Shown: positions 1 to 10,380, numbered from the stretch's first letter. The stretch: DNA of 64,000 nt from Methylococcaceae bacterium (GCA_044370175.1 JBILVZ010000002.1:8759-72758), one strand, 5' to 3'. Numbers and translations are program-made. The notes: generated by a model from the letters alone, not told the origin.

Positions 1-1070
1 AACTGATTAAAGGGCTCTTTGAAGTGTATAGAGATCTCAGTTTGTTTGCGCGCCATCCGTTTACCAAACCGAACATAAATCGGCACATTTTGCCAACGAT
101 CAGTATCAGCAAAGAGTCGGCACGCCATTGCTGTTTCGGTGACAGAAGTTTTCGGCACACCCACCTCTTCTAAGTATCCTGGCATTCGCACCCCATGGAT
201 AGTGCCTGAGGTGTACTGTCCAAACGAAACGGTTTGACTGATTGGCTTATGGGTAAGAGGACGCAGGGAGCGCAAGAATTCTTGTCGTCTAACATCAATG
301 TGTTGTGCTTGCAAACTTGCTGGCTCTTCCATCAGTGACATCGCAACCATCTGCAAAATATGATTTTGAAAAATATCACGAACTGCCCCTGTCTGATCAT
401 AAAAGGTCGTTCTCCCCGCCACACCGATTGTTTCACTCGCAGTGACGGTCACGTACTGTACAAACTTCCAGTTCCATAAATGTTCAAAGGCGCCGTTGGC
501 GAAACGAAATGCCAATAAGTTTTGGACTGTTTCTTTTCCTAAAAAGTGATCAATTCTATAAATTGAGTTCTCATTAAATACTTGCAGTAACTCATCATTT
601 AAAACTCGAGCAGAAGCAAGGTCAGTGCCAAATGGCTTTTCAATTAAGAACTTTGTCCAGCCATAAGTGGTAGTATGTAGATTGGCATTTTTGATATTCT
701 TTGCTACTGCCACATATAAAGACGGTAGTGTAGAAACATACCACAAGTGATTGGAGCACTGTTCTAGAGTTTCGTAGACCGCACGAATTTCCTTAAAGCT
801 ATCACTTTGTGAAGCGTCAGCAGGAACATAGTAGAGATGACGACAGAACTCTAGCCAAACACCTTCATGAGCAGGTTGCACACACAGCTTTACAAACTGA
901 TGGAACTCTTCGCGTGAGTAGCTACTTCGCGCAGATCCAATCACATAAAAATGTTGTGGTAATAAATCTTTGGTAAATAACTGAAATAATGCGGGAAGAA
1001 TTTTTTTCTTTGCAAGATCACCAGTGGCGCCGATTAAGAAGATTGCAAGACTTTGTTCGATTGGTTGCAT
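1..1070 (-). CDS. zwf: Glucose-6-phosphate 1-dehydrogenase, 5' portion; gene continues past the window start
   Basis: Minus-strand translation from ATG at 1068-1070 gives MQPIEQSLAIFLIGATGDLAKKKILPAL..., with the NADP-binding GATGDLA motif. EKPFGTDLASARVLN and RIDHFLGKE are G6PD active-site signatures. IYVRFGKRMARK is the conserved RTGKRL-type segment. It sits immediately downstream (same strand) of the RND pump gene. Confidence 0.8.
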   Translation of the reverse strand, partial: MQPIEQSLAIFLIGATGDLAKKKILPALFQLFTKDLLPQHFYVIGSARSSYSREEFHQFVKLCVQPAHEGVWLEFCRHLYYVPADASQSDSFKEIRAVYETLEQCSNHLWYVSTLPSLYVAVAKNIKNANLHTTTYGWTKFLIEKPFGTDLASARVLNDELLQVFNENSIYRIDHFLGKETVQNLLAFRFANGAFEHLWNWKFVQYVTVTASETIGVAGRTTFYDQTGAVRDIFQNHILQMVAMSLMEEPASLQAQHIDVRRQEFLRSLRPLTHKPISQTVSFGQYTSGTIHGVRMPGYLEEVGVPKTSVTETAMACRLFADTDRWQNVPIYVRFGKRMARKQTEISIHFKEPFNQ

Positions 1071-1073
1071 GTT

Positions 1074-4000
1074 TTAAGAAATTGTAGCGTCTTTCTCATC
1101 TTTCATCCACTCGTAATACAACACTGGTATAAAAAGTAACATAATGGTGCTCGCAATCAGCACACCCGAGATAATTGCCCCACCCAACCCACGCCAGAGG
1201 GGATCCGAAATGGTAATGGGCAGCAGTCCAAAAACAGTCGAAAGTTTTGTCAGAATAATTGGCTCTAGTCTACTAGCACCTGCATCAGCAATTGAGTGTT
1301 CAAAACTCATACCCTCTTTTTTATTTAAGTTAATTTTATCAACAATAAACATAGAGTTGGTTACAACAATGCCAAACAGTGACAGAACACCAATGAGCGC
1401 TGGAAATGACAGGGGAGTTCCAAAAAGTGCAAATGACAAGAATACCGACGCTACTGCAAAAGGAATGACAATGATCACGATCGCTGCTTGTCTAAACGAA
1501 CCGAACTGTACCACCATGGTAATCATAATTAAGACAGCAGAAAGGAGCATTGCTTGCAGTATTGATTGAATTGATTTAGCATTTTCTTCATTTACACCAC
1601 CAGTTTCCCAGGTATATCCTGGCTTAAACTCAATAGACTCTACATACTCCAATAATTGTTTGTTTGCTTCTGGGATAGATTGCCCCGCTACCACTGCTCC
1701 ACTGATTGTCATACTACGTTTATAGTTGCGATGCGTAATAACGCTAGGATTTGGCTTTGTTTTTACCTCACCAAGGGCGACCAGTGGAATAGAACGCCCG
1801 TCGGGCGTAAAAACTTGCAGTTGCAGTAAACCTTCAGGAGAGCCTAATTCTGGTGTCATTCTAAAAATAATTGCTGTTTTATCGGTATCAGCAGCATCAA
1901 AAGCTATCTGATCGAGCGGCAAGCCTGAAGCATATAGTCTCAGTGCGTTAGCAACTGTATCTACACTGACCTGCAGTTCCGCCAACGTATTGTAGTCTGG
2001 CTTAAACTCAATTCCACTGGTACTTTCAGCTACAGAAGTTCTGACGTTAGTAATATTTGACTGAGACTGTAGGTATGTTTTAACCTGTGTTACATACTTT
2101 TCAAGCTCCAATAGATCCTCACCCAGGAGCGTAATCTGTACATCAGCACCTGCAGGTGGGCCACCAGAGACTTCGATCACAGAAATCTCCCCCACCGCGT
2201 ACGACTTAAATTCTGCACGTAGTGCTGTTGCAATATCGGTTGAAGTTCGTTCTCTTTTTTCTTTTTCAGAAAGTTTAACTGTAAAGAAAGCACTATTTGC
2301 GTTATTGGATAATGCTGAACTGCCAGAATCATTTGGTGCAGTGCGCCCAATCTCTGCAGTGACATACTCAGCTTCAGGAATTTGACGTAGTTGTTCAAGT
2401 ATTTCCGCCCCTGCAGTTGCTGTCTGGTCAATGGTTGCACCACTTGCGAGTTTCAGTTCAACATACACTTGATCCTCATTGGTTTTAGGAAAAAATTCAT
2501 TTTTTACAAACCCTAGTGGTAAGAGTGCAAAACAAAAAACAGCATAGACAACCATGGCAATAATTACTTTGCGTCTACTTGATTTGCGGGCGAGGACTCG
2601 TAAAATTAAGCGCTCATATTTTTCTGCTAGTGGCTCTATTGAAATGAGACCTCTATCATCACTGGTACGCAGAAAATCACGCACACCTTGCACCCACCTA
2701 GGTAGGTGCTTGTACATTTTTTGGCTGTTGGTCTGTACAATTTTTGTAGTTATCTTCCAAATAGTACCTCCACCTCGCAAAAGTAAAAAGCTGATAGCAA
2801 AGTAAATACCTATGATGGGTATAAAAAGAGGTGTATTAAAACTAAAAAATCCGATGACTGCTAAGGTCACGATAAATAAAACTATTTTTAAGAGTGTTAG
2901 CACTCGCTGTGGAATAACTGGCTTGAGTAGCACAATCATTAGTGGCAAAGTAATCAATACTGCAATTGCTGTTGAAGATATCATCGTTACCGTCACCACA
3001 ATTGGAATGGGTTTAATAAACTCTCCAATAATACCTGATGCTAAGAGTAGTGGCACAAATGCCCAAATTGTAGTCAGTGTTGTCGACCAGATAGGAATAA
3101 TCGTATCGCGCCATACTAAAATACCTGTTTCTGTAGGATTAAACTTGCCTGTTTTAAAGTACGTAGTCATAGCTGAAACTACTACAATTGTGTCATCAAC
3201 GAGTAGCCCCAGTGCAAGTAAAAATGCAAACAACGATAAGAAGTTAATTGTCATGCCAGTCAGTTGCATTAAAAAGAATGCTGATAAAAATGTCAGAGGT
3301 ACTGTTAGCGAAGAAATCAACGCTTGGCGGAAACCTAAGAACAAAAATAACACCGTCATGACAAGTACAATTGTGGTTGCAAACTCACCTAAAAGATCAG
3401 TAAACTGCTCCTGAATTTGTTCACTGGTGTTAACAATAGAGATAAGTGAAACTGTACCATTGCTCTGTTTGATAAATTCATCCACGACACTCGCTACTGC
3501 ATTGCCTGTGCTAGAGATATCTGCAGCGGTAGTTTTATAGACTGAAAATACGACAGAACGGGCGGCTGGCTTATCATGCGAAGCAATGAATGTGGTTTGC
3601 TGATTCACCACTGATTGCTCCTGAATCGTAGCAATTTCTGCTAGCGTTACCACCTGATTTCCTGCACTGATTTGCAAGTTTCGTATATCTGCCACTGACT
3701 CTACTCTGCGATCAATGCTAATCGTAAAAGTATTGGTATCTGACTGAACTGTACCAGCTGGAAAAGAGTTGCGTGCTGAACGCACTAACTGCGATAGCTG
3801 TAGGGGATTAATTTTATACTGTGCTACCTTTTGCGGATCGATATATACCACCACCTCTTGTGTCTCAATTCCAGTTGTTTCTACTCTATCGACTTGCGTA
3901 ATATCTTCAATTTTGTGCTTTAAATCATCAGCAGCCGCCATTAAATCGGGGATATCCCCAGTACTGATGAGTGCGAACTGCCAAACAGGGACGTTCTCGA

Positions 4001-4460
4001 AATCGAGGACTTTAGTATCAGGCTCTGAAGCAGTTTCAGGCAGCACAATACTCCCTAGCACATTTTGCACATCTTCACGAGCCTTTTCTCGGTCAACTGT
4101 TGAGAAGAATTGGACTGTTATAAACGAGACATTTTGTTGTGAAACGGAGCTGACTTGATCAATACCCTGCACACTTTGAATGGCATCTTCCAGTGGTGTG
4201 GTGACCAATGTTTCTACATCTTGTGGTGATGCACCAGGGAGCGTAGTAAGTACCGTTACAATTGGGATTTTTACCTCAGGGTTTAATCGTTTTGGCAAAT
4301 TGAGATATGAAACTAAACCTACCAGAGTTATCGTAATAATCAGAAGCAGTACCAACCTAATATTTTGTATGTATGAGGCCACAAAACCGGTTAGGAGTTT
4401 TGAATCAAACTGTAATCGTTCAAGATATGAATCTCTTTTTTTATTGGCAATTTTCTGCAT
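1074..4460 (-). CDS. RND family efflux transporter permease (AcrB/HAE1-like), 1128 aa
   Basis: 1128-aa ORF with 12-TM architecture in two halves. Each half has a large periplasmic loop, typical of the AcrB/MMPL fold. The membrane-fusion-protein gene lies directly upstream on the same strand. Confidence 0.9.
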   Translation of the reverse strand: MQKIANKKRDSYLERLQFDSKLLTGFVASYIQNIRLVLLLIITITLVGLVSYLNLPKRLNPEVKIPIVTVLTTLPGASPQDVETLVTTPLEDAIQSVQGIDQVSSVSQQNVSFITVQFFSTVDREKAREDVQNVLGSIVLPETASEPDTKVLDFENVPVWQFALISTGDIPDLMAAADDLKHKIEDITQVDRVETTGIETQEVVVYIDPQKVAQYKINPLQLSQLVRSARNSFPAGTVQSDTNTFTISIDRRVESVADIRNLQISAGNQVVTLAEIATIQEQSVVNQQTTFIASHDKPAARSVVFSVYKTTAADISSTGNAVASVVDEFIKQSNGTVSLISIVNTSEQIQEQFTDLLGEFATTIVLVMTVLFLFLGFRQALISSLTVPLTFLSAFFLMQLTGMTINFLSLFAFLLALGLLVDDTIVVVSAMTTYFKTGKFNPTETGILVWRDTIIPIWSTTLTTIWAFVPLLLASGIIGEFIKPIPIVVTVTMISSTAIAVLITLPLMIVLLKPVIPQRVLTLLKIVLFIVTLAVIGFFSFNTPLFIPIIGIYFAISFLLLRGGGTIWKITTKIVQTNSQKMYKHLPRWVQGVRDFLRTSDDRGLISIEPLAEKYERLILRVLARKSSRRKVIIAMVVYAVFCFALLPLGFVKNEFFPKTNEDQVYVELKLASGATIDQTATAGAEILEQLRQIPEAEYVTAEIGRTAPNDSGSSALSNNANSAFFTVKLSEKEKRERTSTDIATALRAEFKSYAVGEISVIEVSGGPPAGADVQITLLGEDLLELEKYVTQVKTYLQSQSNITNVRTSVAESTSGIEFKPDYNTLAELQVSVDTVANALRLYASGLPLDQIAFDAADTDKTAIIFRMTPELGSPEGLLQLQVFTPDGRSIPLVALGEVKTKPNPSVITHRNYKRSMTISGAVVAGQSIPEANKQLLEYVESIEFKPGYTWETGGVNEENAKSIQSILQAMLLSAVLIMITMVVQFGSFRQAAIVIIVIPFAVASVFLSFALFGTPLSFPALIGVLSLFGIVVTNSMFIVDKINLNKKEGMSFEHSIADAGASRLEPIILTKLSTVFGLLPITISDPLWRGLGGAIISGVLIASTIMLLFIPVLYYEWMKDEKDATIS

Positions 4461-4482
4461 ATGATATCACTAGCTATCACTC

Positions 4483-5934
4483 CTACTGAATAGAAACTAT
4501 CTCGCCATCGGTCATACCTCTGGTGATAATGACTTTCTCATCATCTGCCAACCCAGAATTAACAACAACGTATCCACCTGACACAGAACCCAGTTCTACC
4601 TGACGTACTCGGGCAACTGTCTTGCCATCTGCTACTACAGCCAGATATACGAACGCTGCTTCTTGTGTTTGGTAGACTGCATCGAGGGGGATATATCTAT
4701 CAACTGTACTAGCTACTGGCGCACCGAGAGGAACCTGGACTGCCACTTGCTCATTGTTTGAAAAATATCGCTCATATTCTCCAGGGATGCTATACAAGAT
4801 GGTGTGCAGTGTTCCATCGGTGGGTTCAGCAGAAATGTAGCGAGGTGCCAGTGAAACTGTAGTACCATCAACACTAAAAGTACTCAGCTCAGCCCGAGAA
4901 ACGCGTGCGGCTACTTCACTCGGCACACTGACAACTGCGGTGATCTCCCGAGCATCAGCTCTAATTACCGCAAGTGGAGTGCCAGGATTTACCAATTGGC
5001 CAACTTTTACAAATACTCGCTCTACCACACCTGAACAAGGTGTAGCAGGATAAAACAAAGATTCAGAGATCCACTGAAGTTTCACCTGTAAATTGGCTAG
5101 ATCTTTTGACAAATCTAGAGACTTTTCTTGTAGTGTTAGCTGCTTGAGTGTGATCTCTCGCTGTAGCTGAGTAAGCTGTGTGGGTTCCTGTTCATTCGAG
5201 CTACTATACTCTGCACTGCGCAATCCTGACTTAAGGTTATTCAAGCCAGCTACAAGCTGTGCTTTTCCTTGTTTAACTGCAAGAATAGCGCTATCGGTAG
5301 CGCCATTGACATTAGTAGCTTCTAAGTCTTTCAGCTGTAGATTGACGGAGTTTAAAATTTCTTCATTGAGCTTAATAAGATCGCGTGTTTCTTGCAGTGA
5401 ATCTCTGGTAATACTTCGTAAATCACCTTCTCTTGCCTCTGTCTTCTCTGCCACTTCTCTTTGTTGTCTTATGGTATCTTTTTGTAACTGATAGTTCTCG
5501 TTGGCAGACTGGGCAGTACGCTCTGCAATTCTCCGGGTCACAGCTGCTGCATTTGCCCCTTGGTAGTTGGTTGAAAGGATAACAAGTTTTGCACCTCGCT
5601 TGATTGAGGCACCTTCCGTAACTGGAACCTTCTGTACAATGCCACTCGTTTGAGCAAAGATGGTAATAACTCCACTTTTTTCGATTTTAGCAGTTACTCC
5701 AATGGTTGGAGACTGACCTTGAGCATAAATAGTCACTGCTGTTGGGGCTGCCTGCTCTGGTTCAAGTGAAGTGACCGGGGTACGCAGATAGTTACCTACT
5801 ATAATACAGACTAGTAATACAAAAAGTAGTCCGATAAAAAGAGTAAATGGGTGAGCATCGATCACTGCCAGTAGTTTGTTTTTTGTTCTCACAAAAAATG
5901 CTTTCAGTTTTCCCATATCTGGGGACCTTTCCAA
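4483..5934 (-). CDS. Efflux pump periplasmic adaptor (membrane fusion protein, HlyD family)
   Basis: N-terminal single TM (FTLFIGLLFVLLVCIIVG), a long coiled-coil segment (residues ~130-290) and beta-rich lipoyl/barrel regions. Its stop is 23 nt upstream of the RND gene start. Confidence 0.75.
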   Translation of the reverse strand: MERSPDMGKLKAFFVRTKNKLLAVIDAHPFTLFIGLLFVLLVCIIVGNYLRTPVTSLEPEQAAPTAVTIYAQGQSPTIGVTAKIEKSGVITIFAQTSGIVQKVPVTEGASIKRGAKLVILSTNYQGANAAAVTRRIAERTAQSANENYQLQKDTIRQQREVAEKTEAREGDLRSITRDSLQETRDLIKLNEEILNSVNLQLKDLEATNVNGATDSAILAVKQGKAQLVAGLNNLKSGLRSAEYSSSNEQEPTQLTQLQREITLKQLTLQEKSLDLSKDLANLQVKLQWISESLFYPATPCSGVVERVFVKVGQLVNPGTPLAVIRADAREITAVVSVPSEVAARVSRAELSTFSVDGTTVSLAPRYISAEPTDGTLHTILYSIPGEYERYFSNNEQVAVQVPLGAPVASTVDRYIPLDAVYQTQEAAFVYLAVVADGKTVARVRQVELGSVSGGYVVVNSGLADDEKVIITRGMTDGEIVSIQ

Positions 5935-6038
5935 TTTTAGAGTATCTTCGGAGACTGTAGATTATAACAGATCAATTATGATCAATAGATATCAAAGTGT
6001 GGAGGAGTAAAGTGTTTGTAAAATTTTCTCAGGACTTT

Positions 6039-6311
6039 TTAGTGATCTTGGTCAGCTTTTTTAAGAACTTCTTCAGTCTCTAGATTGGGCATCTGGACAC
6101 CCACAGACTGCTCACTGTGCACTTGAACTGCGGGATCTACCAGACCCTGCTCTTGGACAAAGGCGGTTTCTTTTTCTTCAGCAATAAGCTCATTAAATGA
6201 ACTATCAAAGTCTAGAGTTCCAATTCTGGCTATACTTTTAGGGTCACTGAAAGCTGATTGGACTTGATCATTTGTAATTTTTTTTATGGATTCTGCCGTT
6301 GTGTCTTGCAT
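6039..6311 (-). CDS. Hypothetical small acidic protein (90 aa)
   Basis: Intact ORF between the adaptor gene and the membrane glycosyltransferase-like gene. Acidic composition; no recognisable motif. Confidence 0.35.
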   Translation of the reverse strand: MQDTTAESIKKITNDQVQSAFSDPKSIARIGTLDFDSSFNELIAEEKETAFVQEQGLVDPAVQVHSEQSVGVQMPNLETEEVLKKADQDH

Positions 6312-6399
6312 ATCTTATGGTGCTGCTTGTAAATATACAAGTTATTTTTAATAAAAAGTTCACGAGTATGTAAGAAGGTACTCAGTTTTGTGGGAGTAC

Positions 6400-8157
6400 C
6401 TATCTCTTATACAGTCGTTTACTACTATATTGCATAGTACCACTCACACGCCAAAATACTATGCCTATACTCAAGATTGATAGGCTATTTCCTACTATTC
6501 TGGCTGGAGTCTGCTGTGTCATCTTGCTATGCACTTCCCAGTTTCCTGCAGGAAGTGTAAATGTAACTTGTCCTTTATACGTTTTCACAGCTTCTGTTCC
6601 TGTCGTATCTCCAATCAGCGCCACGCTAGTAGTGTTTGCCCATACTTTCCAACCTGGAAAATACATAGTTGGTTCTACCACCGTAACAGCTTCTTGCGCA
6701 GACACGGTATAGGTGCGGTACGTTCCTCGCCATTTTAGGTTAGAGACTTGACCTGCCCCATGGATTTCAGGTTTATTACTACTAACTATCCAAGGTTCCA
6801 TGGAAAAAGTTTTTGGACGTAGTTCATCCGAAACTGTCGAGGTCAGTGGATAATTAAGATAATACGCAGTAGCAAAGTTAGCAAACTGTGGCCAGTACCA
6901 GTGCGGCACATATACTGCGTGAGCGATGATGCCCAAGCCCAGTATGAGTTGTACCGGTTTATACTTTGTCTTCCACAGCAACCCACCTAGTATAGCCAGA
7001 GTAATCGTTAATGGACCTAAAAACCTCCATGGGAACTGAAAGTATGGCAATACTAGTATGTACTTCCAGACTACTTGAGAAACGGGGAGCTGTACAAATA
7101 TACAAAGTACTGCAAAGACGAGGAGTGAAAGTATACCTAAGTAGTTGCTTGTTCTCTCGTATCTACCTAGGCTCTCTAATAAGAGATATACTATTGCAGC
7201 TATAAGCACTGATAAACCAACAAAACCAATCCCTAGTGAAAGTGAATCATTTGGGCCAAGTATAGAGATTCCATTTGTCACATTAGAATTAAATAGCTGC
7301 AGCAAAGTAGAAAAGTGTTCTAGATATTGTGTATCTAATAAATCATCAAGAACAATGTATTTTTTCTCTGCTAGTGTTGGTATCCAGAAAAATGCGCTTA
7401 TACCAAAACCTAGCATACATTCGCAAGCTACACTCCATACAGAGCTTGCGTTTCGCTTTCTTACCAGCGCATACAGTAAAGACAGTGGAAACAACAACAC
7501 TGCATAAATGTTATGTGCAAGTAACACAGCCGCACTTAGTAGTGTAACTCCTATTGAGGAGATGAGCAGCTTACTTTCATTTTCTCTTCGCCATTCCACA
7601 ATACACAGCAACCAGATACATGCTGCACAAGCCAATAATTCACCATACGCACCACGGATATATATCAAAGTGTAAAAGTATGGGCCAAGCATGCACACCA
7701 ACATACTCAACAACGCTGCTATTTTTTGCTTAGTAAGTTGCAGAATGTAAAAATATATCCCTAGCCACAAACTCATCCAGGCCACTAAAATAATTATTTT
7801 GAAAACCAATTGAGGATTACTCCCTACAACTACAAATGGTGCTCCAATCATATTGAGTAATGGATAATGAAAATTAAAAACAGGATACCCAAATCCATTC
7901 CAGAAAGACGGTGCAAAACGAGGTGGGAACTGTCCTTGTTTTAGGGCTGATGCATAGTTGGTAATACGAGCAATATGACCTTCACCATCATGTGTCACTG
8001 GAAACCCTACATGAAACAGCGGTGCCAACAAGCGGATCATCAGTATCCCAATTACTACAATTAAAACTTTTTCAGGTAGTGTCAAGTTTTTTATGAACTG
8101 CGACAGTGCAGCTATTCTGGATTGTAAAACTTTTTTAATCTGAAACATACACTTCAT
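6400..8157 (-). CDS. Polytopic membrane protein, putative GT-C fold glycosyltransferase (ArnT/PMT/YfhO-like)
   Basis: At least 10 predicted TM helices, with an early loop DxE (VTHDGEGH) as in GT-C enzymes, and a ~200-aa C-terminal soluble domain. Start chosen at ATG 8155-8157 (MKCMFQIKK). The longer ORF to 8286 would overlap umuD. Confidence 0.45.
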   Translation of the reverse strand: MKCMFQIKKVLQSRIAALSQFIKNLTLPEKVLIVVIGILMIRLLAPLFHVGFPVTHDGEGHIARITNYASALKQGQFPPRFAPSFWNGFGYPVFNFHYPLLNMIGAPFVVVGSNPQLVFKIIILVAWMSLWLGIYFYILQLTKQKIAALLSMLVCMLGPYFYTLIYIRGAYGELLACAACIWLLCIVEWRRENESKLLISSIGVTLLSAAVLLAHNIYAVLLFPLSLLYALVRKRNASSVWSVACECMLGFGISAFFWIPTLAEKKYIVLDDLLDTQYLEHFSTLLQLFNSNVTNGISILGPNDSLSLGIGFVGLSVLIAAIVYLLLESLGRYERTSNYLGILSLLVFAVLCIFVQLPVSQVVWKYILVLPYFQFPWRFLGPLTITLAILGGLLWKTKYKPVQLILGLGIIAHAVYVPHWYWPQFANFATAYYLNYPLTSTVSDELRPKTFSMEPWIVSSNKPEIHGAGQVSNLKWRGTYRTYTVSAQEAVTVVEPTMYFPGWKVWANTTSVALIGDTTGTEAVKTYKGQVTFTLPAGNWEVHSKMTQQTPARIVGNSLSILSIGIVFWRVSGTMQYSSKRLYKR

Positions 8158-8200
8158 TCTACCTACATACGCTGTTAAATTCTCTAGCAAATTGCGTTGT

Positions 8201-8238
8201 TTGCAAGTATTGACTTTCGCTTTATATTCGGTCAATAC
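8201..8238 (+). promoter_or_regulatory. Candidate umuDC promoter (TTGCAA-N17-TATATT) overlapped by an 8-bp-arm inverted repeat GTATTGAC-N16-GTCAATAC (possible SOS-type operator)
   Basis: TTGCAA at 8201-8206, a 17-nt spacer, TATATT at 8224-8229. Palindrome arms at 8207-8214 and 8231-8238, immediately upstream of umuD ATG 8246. Palindromes with 8-bp arms are expected by chance in 64 kb, so the position is the main argument. Confidence 0.35.
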
Positions 8239-8245
8239 TAGTTCT

Positions 8246-8671
8246 ATGATTACAGTACTTGGGGTACTCACACAAACTACGCCCATCTCTCCGCTTCCAC
8301 TCTATCATTCTTTAGTGAGTGCTGGTTTTCCCAGTCCAGCAGAAGACACAGTTGCGGTGGGCATTGATCTCAATGAGTTATTGATTAGTCATCCCGCCGC
8401 CACTTTTCTCGTTCGTGCTAGTGGTACTTCAATGGTTGATGCAGGCATCTGTGCGGGGGACCTGCTCGTAGTAGACCGCAGTCTCCATCCAAAATCAGGT
8501 TCCGTGGTGATTGCCTACTACGAAGATCAATTTTTGGTAAAACGCCTGACTGGTAGCAACGGCATGTTGTACTTGGTCGCAGAAAATAAAAAATCTCTAT
8601 TTCAACCAATCAAAGTAACTGAAGCAGTACTTATTTGGGGGGTAGTCAGCAGTGTCATTAAGCAGCTCTAG
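8246..8671 (+). CDS. umuD: UmuD, S24 (LexA-like) peptidase subunit of error-prone DNA polymerase V
   Basis: AGFPSPAEDTVAVGIDLNELLISHPAATFLVRASGTSMVDAGICAGDLLVVD...FLVKRL aligns closely to E. coli UmuD, including GFPSPAAD, the G-x-SM catalytic Ser region and the D-GDLL segment. No HTH domain, so it is not LexA itself. ATG at 8246; an upstream TTG at 8192 is unlikely. Confidence 0.8.
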   Translation: MITVLGVLTQTTPISPLPLYHSLVSAGFPSPAEDTVAVGIDLNELLISHPAATFLVRASGTSMVDAGICAGDLLVVDRSLHPKSGSVVIAYYEDQFLVKRLTGSNGMLYLVAENKKSLFQPIKVTEAVLIWGVVSSVIKQL

Positions 8672-8697
8672 AATAGAGCGTGGTATAAAGTCAGTGT

Positions 8698-9981
8698 ATG
8701 CAAAAAATGTTTGCAGTTGTTGATTGTAATAACTTTTTTGTTTCTTGCGAACGAGCTTTTAATCCTTCTCTTGAAAATAAACCTGTTATTGTTCTCTCCA
8801 ATAATGATGGGTGTATCGTTTCTCGTTCCAACGAAGCAAAAGCACTTGGAATTCCCATGGGAGTACCACTCTTTAAAATCAAAGAGCTTGTTGTAGAACA
8901 ACAAGTTGCCGTTATATCTTCCAACTTTGAGCTATATGCTGATATGTCGTCCCGCATTATGCAAACGTTAGAAGAACTCTCACCTACAGTCGAGTACTAC
9001 TCTATTGATGAAGCATTCATTCCACTCTCCTTATACAGCTCTCAAGATTATGATACTTGGGCAGAAAAAGTGCGTGATACCATCATGCAATATACAGGTA
9101 TTCCTGTTTCGATTGGGATTGCGCCCTCACGCACGTTGGCTAAAGCTGCCAATGAGTTTGCCAAAAAGTGGGAGATCTGTAACGGTGTTTTTAGCTTTGT
9201 GGGTATGTCAGAAGAAAAAGTTGCGTATTACTTACAGCAGCTACCCGTAGAGGCTGTTTGGGGGATTGGATATAAATCAGCACGCACCTTACAAGCTGCT
9301 GCGATCTACACGGCACATGATCTCACGCAAACTTGCGAATCAACAATTAGAAAGTATTTAAAAATAATGGGTGTACGTACTCGGGCTGAGTTATTGGGGA
9401 CTTCCTGTATAACACTGAGCGAAAATCGTGCTCCAAAAAAAGGTATTCTGTCTTCTCGCTCATTTGGCAAAAAAGTTATGAAACTAGAAGAGCTGGGAGA
9501 GGCAGTGGCCAGTTACATTGATACTGCTTGTCATAAGTTGCGCAAACAAGACTGTGTAGCACGCATCTTAACTATCTACATCCGCAGTTCCTTGTATTCA
9601 AAAACTCAAGCATACTACAGCAAGAGCATGACTCTAGCACTGCCAATTGCTTCTAACTACACAGCTATATTTATTACACATGGTCTCAGTATGCTTAAAA
9701 AGATATTTAAACCTGGAGTAACGTATGCAAAAGCAGGTGTGTTTCTTTCAGAAATCAGCCCACAAACGGCAGTTCAGCAACACTTATTTTTAACACAAGA
9801 AAATAGTAAAATTCCACTTCGGCAAAATATCAGCAACGCCATTGATAGCGTGCGCAAACGCTATGGGGAAAAAAGTATTGGTTTTGCTGCCGCAGGAATT
9901 GAAAAAAAATGGCAAGGAAAAAATGAACAACGTACACCTCGGTATACAACACAGATAACTGAATTACTGTTTGCTTCTTAA
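8698..9981 (+). CDS. umuC: UmuC, Y-family translesion DNA polymerase (Pol V catalytic subunit)
   Basis: MFAVVDCNNFFVSCERAFNPSLENKPVIVLSNNDGCIVSRSNEAKALGIPMG matches the UmuC/DinB N-terminus (MFALCDVNAFYASCE...VVLSNNDGC). 427 aa, 27 nt downstream of umuD. Confidence 0.85.
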   Translation: MQKMFAVVDCNNFFVSCERAFNPSLENKPVIVLSNNDGCIVSRSNEAKALGIPMGVPLFKIKELVVEQQVAVISSNFELYADMSSRIMQTLEELSPTVEYYSIDEAFIPLSLYSSQDYDTWAEKVRDTIMQYTGIPVSIGIAPSRTLAKAANEFAKKWEICNGVFSFVGMSEEKVAYYLQQLPVEAVWGIGYKSARTLQAAAIYTAHDLTQTCESTIRKYLKIMGVRTRAELLGTSCITLSENRAPKKGILSSRSFGKKVMKLEELGEAVASYIDTACHKLRKQDCVARILTIYIRSSLYSKTQAYYSKSMTLALPIASNYTAIFITHGLSMLKKIFKPGVTYAKAGVFLSEISPQTAVQQHLFLTQENSKIPLRQNISNAIDSVRKRYGEKSIGFAAAGIEKKWQGKNEQRTPRYTTQITELLFAS

Positions 9982-10035
9982 TCAAAACATTGCAGTCTTA
10001 ACCCGAGAAATCTTGCTTATTTATAGTGAATATTT

Positions 10036-10380
10036 TTAAAATAAGCGCAAGCGCTTACTCACTGTATAAATTTGTGAAAAACCCCAAACCAATAAACCAG
10101 AGGCAAATATATTAATCAATAGAAAGAATAAACGCAGATTTTCAGGACTCATTGTTTCGTAACTGAGATATTCTTTGGCAAGAATTGTTGCGTATAAAAT
10201 TACATAGGTTATCGTACCAGCAGCAATTTTTTTCATACCACTACCCAACTCACCCCCCAAAGACTTGGCCGACATCACCGCAGCAAATAAAACAGAAATA
10301 CTTGGTATCAGAATGAGCCAGAAAGAGAGCTTAAGTGGGGTTGAAAGTAGTGTGTACAAGAATTGTGTGAATTGTTCCAT
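10036..10380 (-). CDS. Hypothetical small membrane protein (3 TM)
   Basis: 114-aa ORF with three hydrophobic helices; no motif recognised. Confidence 0.4.
   Translation of the reverse strand: MEQFTQFLYTLLSTPLKLSFWLILIPSISVLFAAVMSAKSLGGELGSGMKKIAAGTITYVILYATILAKEYLSYETMSPENLRLFFLLINIFASGLLVWGFSQIYTVSKRLRLF
10042..10057. terminator. Palindrome TAAGCGC-AA-GCGCTTA between convergent umuC and the 10036..10380 gene
   Basis: Perfect 7-bp arms flanked by A/T-rich runs. Could serve as a bidirectional terminator. It lies at the extreme 3' end of the minus-strand ORF. Confidence 0.3.

Noticed and set aside
1144-4464. Several 60-200-aa ORFs on the plus strand inside the RND pump gene (1144..1569, 2812..3414, 3769..4158, 4180..4464).
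   Set aside because: They lie antisense within a 1128-aa gene with unmistakable AcrB architecture. Their translations are low-complexity with no motifs. They are antisense artefacts.
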